DNA of 32,166 nucleotides from assembly GCA_048885535.1 (NCBI GenBank), contig JBHLLO010000033.1:1-32166 (forward strand). The letters run 5' to 3'. Below the pieces are notes generated by a model. The model had not been told where the DNA came from. It was given only the letters and a program-made list of their open reading frames with translations, and ran no database searches. A program made the position numbers and the translations under genes. Origin of the DNA: Candidatus Hermodarchaeota archaeon. Its GTDB lineage: Archaea; Asgardarchaeota; Lokiarchaeia; Sigyniarchaeales; SOKP01. Within the stretch, counting starts at the first letter, position 1. Each line of letters starts with the position of its first letter. Shown one piece after another: positions 27,848-32,166 of this stretch.

Positions 27848-29329
27848 ATGTTAAGACAAATTCACATCTTTCACAAGGGAGAACAAATCTATAATTTTAC
27901 ATATGCGATGGGTCTTGGAGATGAAGAATTAGAGAATGTGAAAAAGACAATCGTATCTTATTTGGACATGCCTACACCTGGTAAAACTTTTCAAAAACCA
28001 TTGGGAGAATATCAGATTTTTCATCGGGGCATTGGAAACTCGTTACTTTTATTAATTACTGATTTAATAGATACCCGAGAACAAATAGATGGAGTTATAG
28101 AAAAGATTATTCATAAATTTAAAGAAATCTACCCTGATCCATCATTGATTAAGACACGAGATTCAACTCTAATTGAATTTGAAGAATTTCTCTATGAGCT
28201 CCAATATGAACTACATTCAAAGATATGCATAATGGGACCAGTCTCATCTGGAAAAACTAAACTATATAATCTTCTTAAAAAGAATGAAGAAAGAAAAATT
28301 CTAAATTTTGCTAAGTCTTCTCTTTTTGAAATCGAAAACCTAAAATTTGATATTTGGGATTTTCAATTAAAGGATAATTTTTCTTTATTATGGTCTAAGT
28401 TCATTAGCGGAGCAGATTTAGTACTCCTTGTATTCGACTTATCCAACTATCATCTAAGGGTAATTAATCATTTCTTAGATTTATATAAAAAAGAAGGTGG
28501 TCTTTCAAAATTATTAATTGTTGGTAATAAGAGAGATTTAGTTCAAGAAGAGGATCTCAAATTAATAAAAAATGAATTAGGGCTTCCTAAATTTATAGAA
28601 ATCTCTCTTATTGAACCAGATGTTAAAAAAAAGCTAACTGAAACAATTTCAGTCATACTAAGACTAAAAATGACTTTACCATCTAATTTTGATAAACTAA
28701 AGAAAGAAGCAGAGAACCATAAAAATCAAGGAAATCTAATTCTCGCAATTTCAAAATATAAAGAATTAATTAGTATCTGTAATACCTATCAAGATTTTAC
28801 GTATATTGCTTCATTTAAACAAAAATTAAAAGAACTTCAAAATAAAGTAGAAAAAGGAAAAAAAATTAGACGTGAAATTGAAAGTAAAAAGAAATTTGAA
28901 GTCCCAGGGCAAATTAAATTTACAAATAAGGTTACTGTTAAACCATTACCACTAGATAAGTCCAAAATCCGACCAGAAATAACCCCCAAAATTCCTGAAA
29001 AAAAAGCTGAAGAGTTAGAAATTGATGAAAAAAAAGTTGGAAAATTGACTTTATTTAAATCTTCAAAAGAACAGGTCGAGGAAGAAGATATTGAAATAGA
29101 TATAAAAGTTACACCTACCCAGCTAACTTCAATTTCTCAACAAGATAAGACACTTAGTACACAATTTTCAAAACAATTACAGATGCTGATAGAACAAAGA
29201 GGAAGCAGCCTAAGCTTAAAATTATGTGAACATCTTATTAGCGAATTAGAAACTAGTTTAGGAAGAACCTTAACTCTAGAAGACATCAAAACAGCAGCTG
29301 ATATTTTTACTAAGCAAGAGAATATGTAG
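27848..29329 (+). CDS. Multidomain protein: longin-like domain, degenerate small GTPase, TPR/MIT-like helices and a C-terminal helical domain
   Basis: MLRQIHIF longin-like start; G1 GPVSSGKT, DIWD, GADLVLLVFD, G4 GNKRD; AENHKNQGNLILAISKYKELI helix pair. Confidence 0.8.
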   Translation: MLRQIHIFHKGEQIYNFTYAMGLGDEELENVKKTIVSYLDMPTPGKTFQKPLGEYQIFHRGIGNSLLLLITDLIDTREQIDGVIEKIIHKFKEIYPDPSLIKTRDSTLIEFEEFLYELQYELHSKICIMGPVSSGKTKLYNLLKKNEERKILNFAKSSLFEIENLKFDIWDFQLKDNFSLLWSKFISGADLVLLVFDLSNYHLRVINHFLDLYKKEGGLSKLLIVGNKRDLVQEEDLKLIKNELGLPKFIEISLIEPDVKKKLTETISVILRLKMTLPSNFDKLKKEAENHKNQGNLILAISKYKELISICNTYQDFTYIASFKQKLKELQNKVEKGKKIRREIESKKKFEVPGQIKFTNKVTVKPLPLDKSKIRPEITPKIPEKKAEELEIDEKKVGKLTLFKSSKEQVEEEDIEIDIKVTPTQLTSISQQDKTLSTQFSKQLQMLIEQRGSSLSLKLCEHLISELETSLGRTLTLEDIKTAADIFTKQENM

Positions 29330-29479
29330 ATAGATTAGAAATTCTTAATATTATTTAGTTCATCATTAGTTCATACCTTACTTCTTTTAAAGGAATAATA
29401 AATTAAAAAAGGCAATAATATACTTTTTATTAAAATTTTAATTGTTTAAAAAGAAAAAAGAAAAGTTGAAGGTCAAAAA

Positions 29480-30973
29480 ATGAATGCAATGAAGGAATTG
29501 TGGGAATATTTTAATGAGATAATGAGATTGAACTTTATTAGAGCTCTTTTAGGTTGGGATCAGCAAGTTAATATGCCTAAAGGTTCTGTTAAAGGAAGAG
29601 CCGAACAGTTAGCACTAATACAAAAATTAATTCATTCTCGAATAAAGTCCGAAAAGACAGGTGATCTGATTAAAAACGCCGAAAAGCAACAAAATCTAAG
29701 TGAGGTTGATTTAGCTATGATTAGAGAAGCGAAAAGGGAATATGAACATGCAACAAGAATACCAGATGAACTAGTTATAGAGATTGCTAAAACAGCCTCC
29801 TTTGGGCATGTAGAATGGGAAAAAGCAAGAGAAAAAAGTGATTTTTCAATATTTAAGCCATATCTTGAAAAAATGATCAAGCTACAGATAGAGTTTGCCG
29901 AAAAATTAGATACTGGACCAACTTTATATTCAACCTTAATAGATTTATATGAACCAGGTGGTACATACAATTGGATTTCAAAGATTTTTAATAGTCTCAA
30001 ATCCGACTTAGTAAAGATAGTAAATAAGTTAGATAATTCTTCTGATAAACCTAATCAATCGATCTTAAAAAAATATTATAATCCTGATAAACAATGGGAA
30101 TTAAGTCTAGAAATTGTAAAGAAATTAGGTTTTGACTTTAGTGTAGGAAGGCAGGATAAGTCAACTCATCCTTTTACAACTTCCTTATCATCAATAGACA
30201 CTAGAATAACAACTAGAATACTTGAGAACTTCTTACCAACATGTATTTTCTCAACTATTCATGAATGTGGGCATGCTCTATATCAAATGGGATTTAACGA
30301 AGATCTACACGATACATTATTGGCTGATGGATGCTCCCTTGGTGTTCATGAAAGTCAATCGAGAATGTGGGAAAACATAGTTGGAAGGAGTAAAGCGTTC
30401 TGGATCTATTGGTATCCTTTATTTCAAAAGGCCTTTCCAGAAAATTTAAAAAATGTTGCAATGGAGGACTTTTATAGAGCCATTAATGTCGTTCAACCTT
30501 CATTTATACGAGTGGAAGCAGATGAAGTTACTTATGCCTTACACATTATTTTACGATTTGAAATGGAGAAAATGATAATTGAAGATAATCTTCAAGCAAT
30601 CGAATTACCCGCATTATGGAATGAGAAAATGGAGGAACTTTTAGGTATTACTCCTCCTAATGATGCAGAAGGAGTTTTACAAGATGTTCATTGGTCAGGA
30701 GGAGCATTTGGATATTTTCCTACTTATGCTTTAGGTAACCTTTATGCTGCACAGATATATAAAAATGCATTGAAAAAATTACCTATATTACCAGAAGATT
30801 ATAAAGAAGGAAAATTCTCTAGTCTTTTAAACTATTTAAAAGAAAATGTACATCAATATGGAAAAATTTATAGAGCACCCGACTTAATAAAGAAAATCAC
30901 AGGAGAAGACTTAAATTCAAAATACTTCATTGATTATATTAAAGAGAAATTTTATCCCATATATAGTATATAA
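29480..30973 (+). CDS. Carboxypeptidase, M32 family (Taq-type)
   Basis: LLGWDQ, HPF, HECGH zinc motif, HESQS, IRVEADE, QDVHW, GYFPTY. Confidence 0.96.
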   Translation: MNAMKELWEYFNEIMRLNFIRALLGWDQQVNMPKGSVKGRAEQLALIQKLIHSRIKSEKTGDLIKNAEKQQNLSEVDLAMIREAKREYEHATRIPDELVIEIAKTASFGHVEWEKAREKSDFSIFKPYLEKMIKLQIEFAEKLDTGPTLYSTLIDLYEPGGTYNWISKIFNSLKSDLVKIVNKLDNSSDKPNQSILKKYYNPDKQWELSLEIVKKLGFDFSVGRQDKSTHPFTTSLSSIDTRITTRILENFLPTCIFSTIHECGHALYQMGFNEDLHDTLLADGCSLGVHESQSRMWENIVGRSKAFWIYWYPLFQKAFPENLKNVAMEDFYRAINVVQPSFIRVEADEVTYALHIILRFEMEKMIIEDNLQAIELPALWNEKMEELLGITPPNDAEGVLQDVHWSGGAFGYFPTYALGNLYAAQIYKNALKKLPILPEDYKEGKFSSLLNYLKENVHQYGKIYRAPDLIKKITGEDLNSKYFIDYIKEKFYPIYSI

Positions 30974-31154
30974 AATTCATTTTTTTCTCTATTAATATCA
31001 GAACAAATTCCGATTTACTCAAAACAAGAGAATTAGTAAAGAAAAATTAATGTTAACCTAACTTACTTATTCTCAAGGTAAAGACATATTTATATAGAAT
31101 TTCTATTATAATAGAATTAAATTAGATTTTGTCCAAACTTGTTCTAACAAGAAC

Positions 31155-32123
31155 ATGATAGTCTCTGAAATCAATATTAAATTGAGTATTCTCGGAAGTT
31201 GGGGTGTTGGGAAGACTTCTATTACTAATGCGCTAATGAACAAAAATATCCCAAGTATGTACATTCCTACAATAGGGTCCAATATAGTAAGAAAAGAATA
31301 TAAATTACAGAATTATTACTTAAAAGCCAATATATGGGATATTGGAGGGCAGAGATCATTTAATCCTCTAAACCCCGTTTTTTTTAGTAATATAGATGCC
31401 GCTTTTTTAGTATTTGATTTAACTAATCTTAAAGAAACGTTATTAGAACTTAAACAGACATATCTAAAGAATTTAAGAAGTGAATCACCTGAATGTATAA
31501 TATTTTTGATTGGTAACAAATCTGATTTGGTCAGACCAGAGGATACAGAAATTCTTTTAAATAATATCAGACAAACTAATTTGAAAGAATTTCCATTAAT
31601 ATTTGTTTCTGCTAGAACACATGTCAATCTCTTTGAAGCACTTGAATTAATCATATTAGAATTTTTAGAGAAATGGGAAAAAGAAAGTAATAGTGAGCGC
31701 TTTAAGGGTATTTCTAATGAGTTTCTCAATTTAATTGATAAAAAGAAGAAATCTTTAAGCAATTTAATTATTAATTTAGATGAGATTGATTCTACAACCC
31801 TTGAAAAAAAGATTAATCCAAAAATAGTCAAAAAAATTGTGACTTCTAAAAAATTAGAGACGCAGAGTGAGTTAAGTGCAATTGATTATTCAGATTTTCA
31901 AACAAACTTAGTAGATTTTAATTTAATTAAAAACAGTATTATAGGAACTTTCAATAATAACATAAATATTGTAGAAGATTTAATTCTTGGTTTGAAAACC
32001 ACTCCTATAGAATTCTTAATGGAAAAAATAGAAGAAACTTCTCAAGTACTAAATCAACTCAAGGAAGATTTTGAACTTAAATTAGATGGAATTCTTCATC
32101 TTAAAACTAAAGAGAAAGATTAG
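31155..32123 (+). CDS. Rab-like small GTPase with C-terminal helical/coiled-coil extension
   Basis: G1 GSWGVGKT, G2 YIPTIG, G3 WDIGGQ, G4 NKSD, G5 SAR; about 150 aa C-terminal extension. Confidence 0.92.
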   Translation: MIVSEINIKLSILGSWGVGKTSITNALMNKNIPSMYIPTIGSNIVRKEYKLQNYYLKANIWDIGGQRSFNPLNPVFFSNIDAAFLVFDLTNLKETLLELKQTYLKNLRSESPECIIFLIGNKSDLVRPEDTEILLNNIRQTNLKEFPLIFVSARTHVNLFEALELIILEFLEKWEKESNSERFKGISNEFLNLIDKKKKSLSNLIINLDEIDSTTLEKKINPKIVKKIVTSKKLETQSELSAIDYSDFQTNLVDFNLIKNSIIGTFNNNINIVEDLILGLKTTPIEFLMEKIEETSQVLNQLKEDFELKLDGILHLKTKEKD

Positions 32124-32166
32124 AATTAATAAAAAATAATGGTGAAAAGAAATCCCTAAAAAAGAT

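Noticed and set aside
888-31831. Short antisense or overlapping ORFs in the track (888-1133, 1701-1904, 4289-4534, 10953-11138, 12598-12780, 17160-17351, 18116-18373, 19340-19537, 19723-19905, 24023-24253, 25801-26076, 25929-26138, 27352-27549, 29632-30000, 31316-31831)
   Set aside because: Shadow frames overlapping better-supported genes; biased composition mirroring the real gene and no motifs
1-32166. tRNA/rRNA genes, transposases, integrases, phage genes
   Set aside because: No GC-rich structured RNA stretch or recognisable mobile-element protein motif seen by eye

Overview
Very AT-rich, gene-dense chromosomal window, most likely from an Asgard archaeon (Lokiarchaeia/Promethearchaeota-like). 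This assignment is inferred from two Ras-superfamily small GTPases, longin-like domains, a RING-finger protein, HEAT-repeat proteins and IPG[YF]-type C-terminal sorting signals. The left and middle parts hold mostly metabolic, transport and surface genes: an AAA+ ATPase, a beta-helix surface protein, a SagB-type nitroreductase, an acyl-CoA dehydrogenase with a wHTH tail, gpmA, an alpha/beta hydrolase, a PhzF-family protein, a MOT1-type transporter, a GNAT, a peptide ABC binding protein, a SPOUT methylase and an M32 carboxypeptidase. Three regions stand out. (1) At 16.5-19.6 kb, a regulator module: an RHH-wHTH gene divergent from a TFIIB/cyclin-fold gene across a perfect palindrome, plus a wHTH/membrane gene pair with its own palindromes. 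(2) At 21.4-22.3 kb, an intergenic region with a ~91 bp imperfect direct repeat flanking a decayed Loki-CTERM gene remnant. (3) At 23.8-32.1 kb, a cluster of eukaryote-like proteins: longin-like/Zn, AbrB-solenoid, HEAT plus coiled coil, a Cys-rich protein, a longin-degenerate GTPase fusion and a Rab-like GTPase. No rRNA, tRNA, CRISPR array or transposase was recognised. All domain calls are by-eye motif recognition, not database results.
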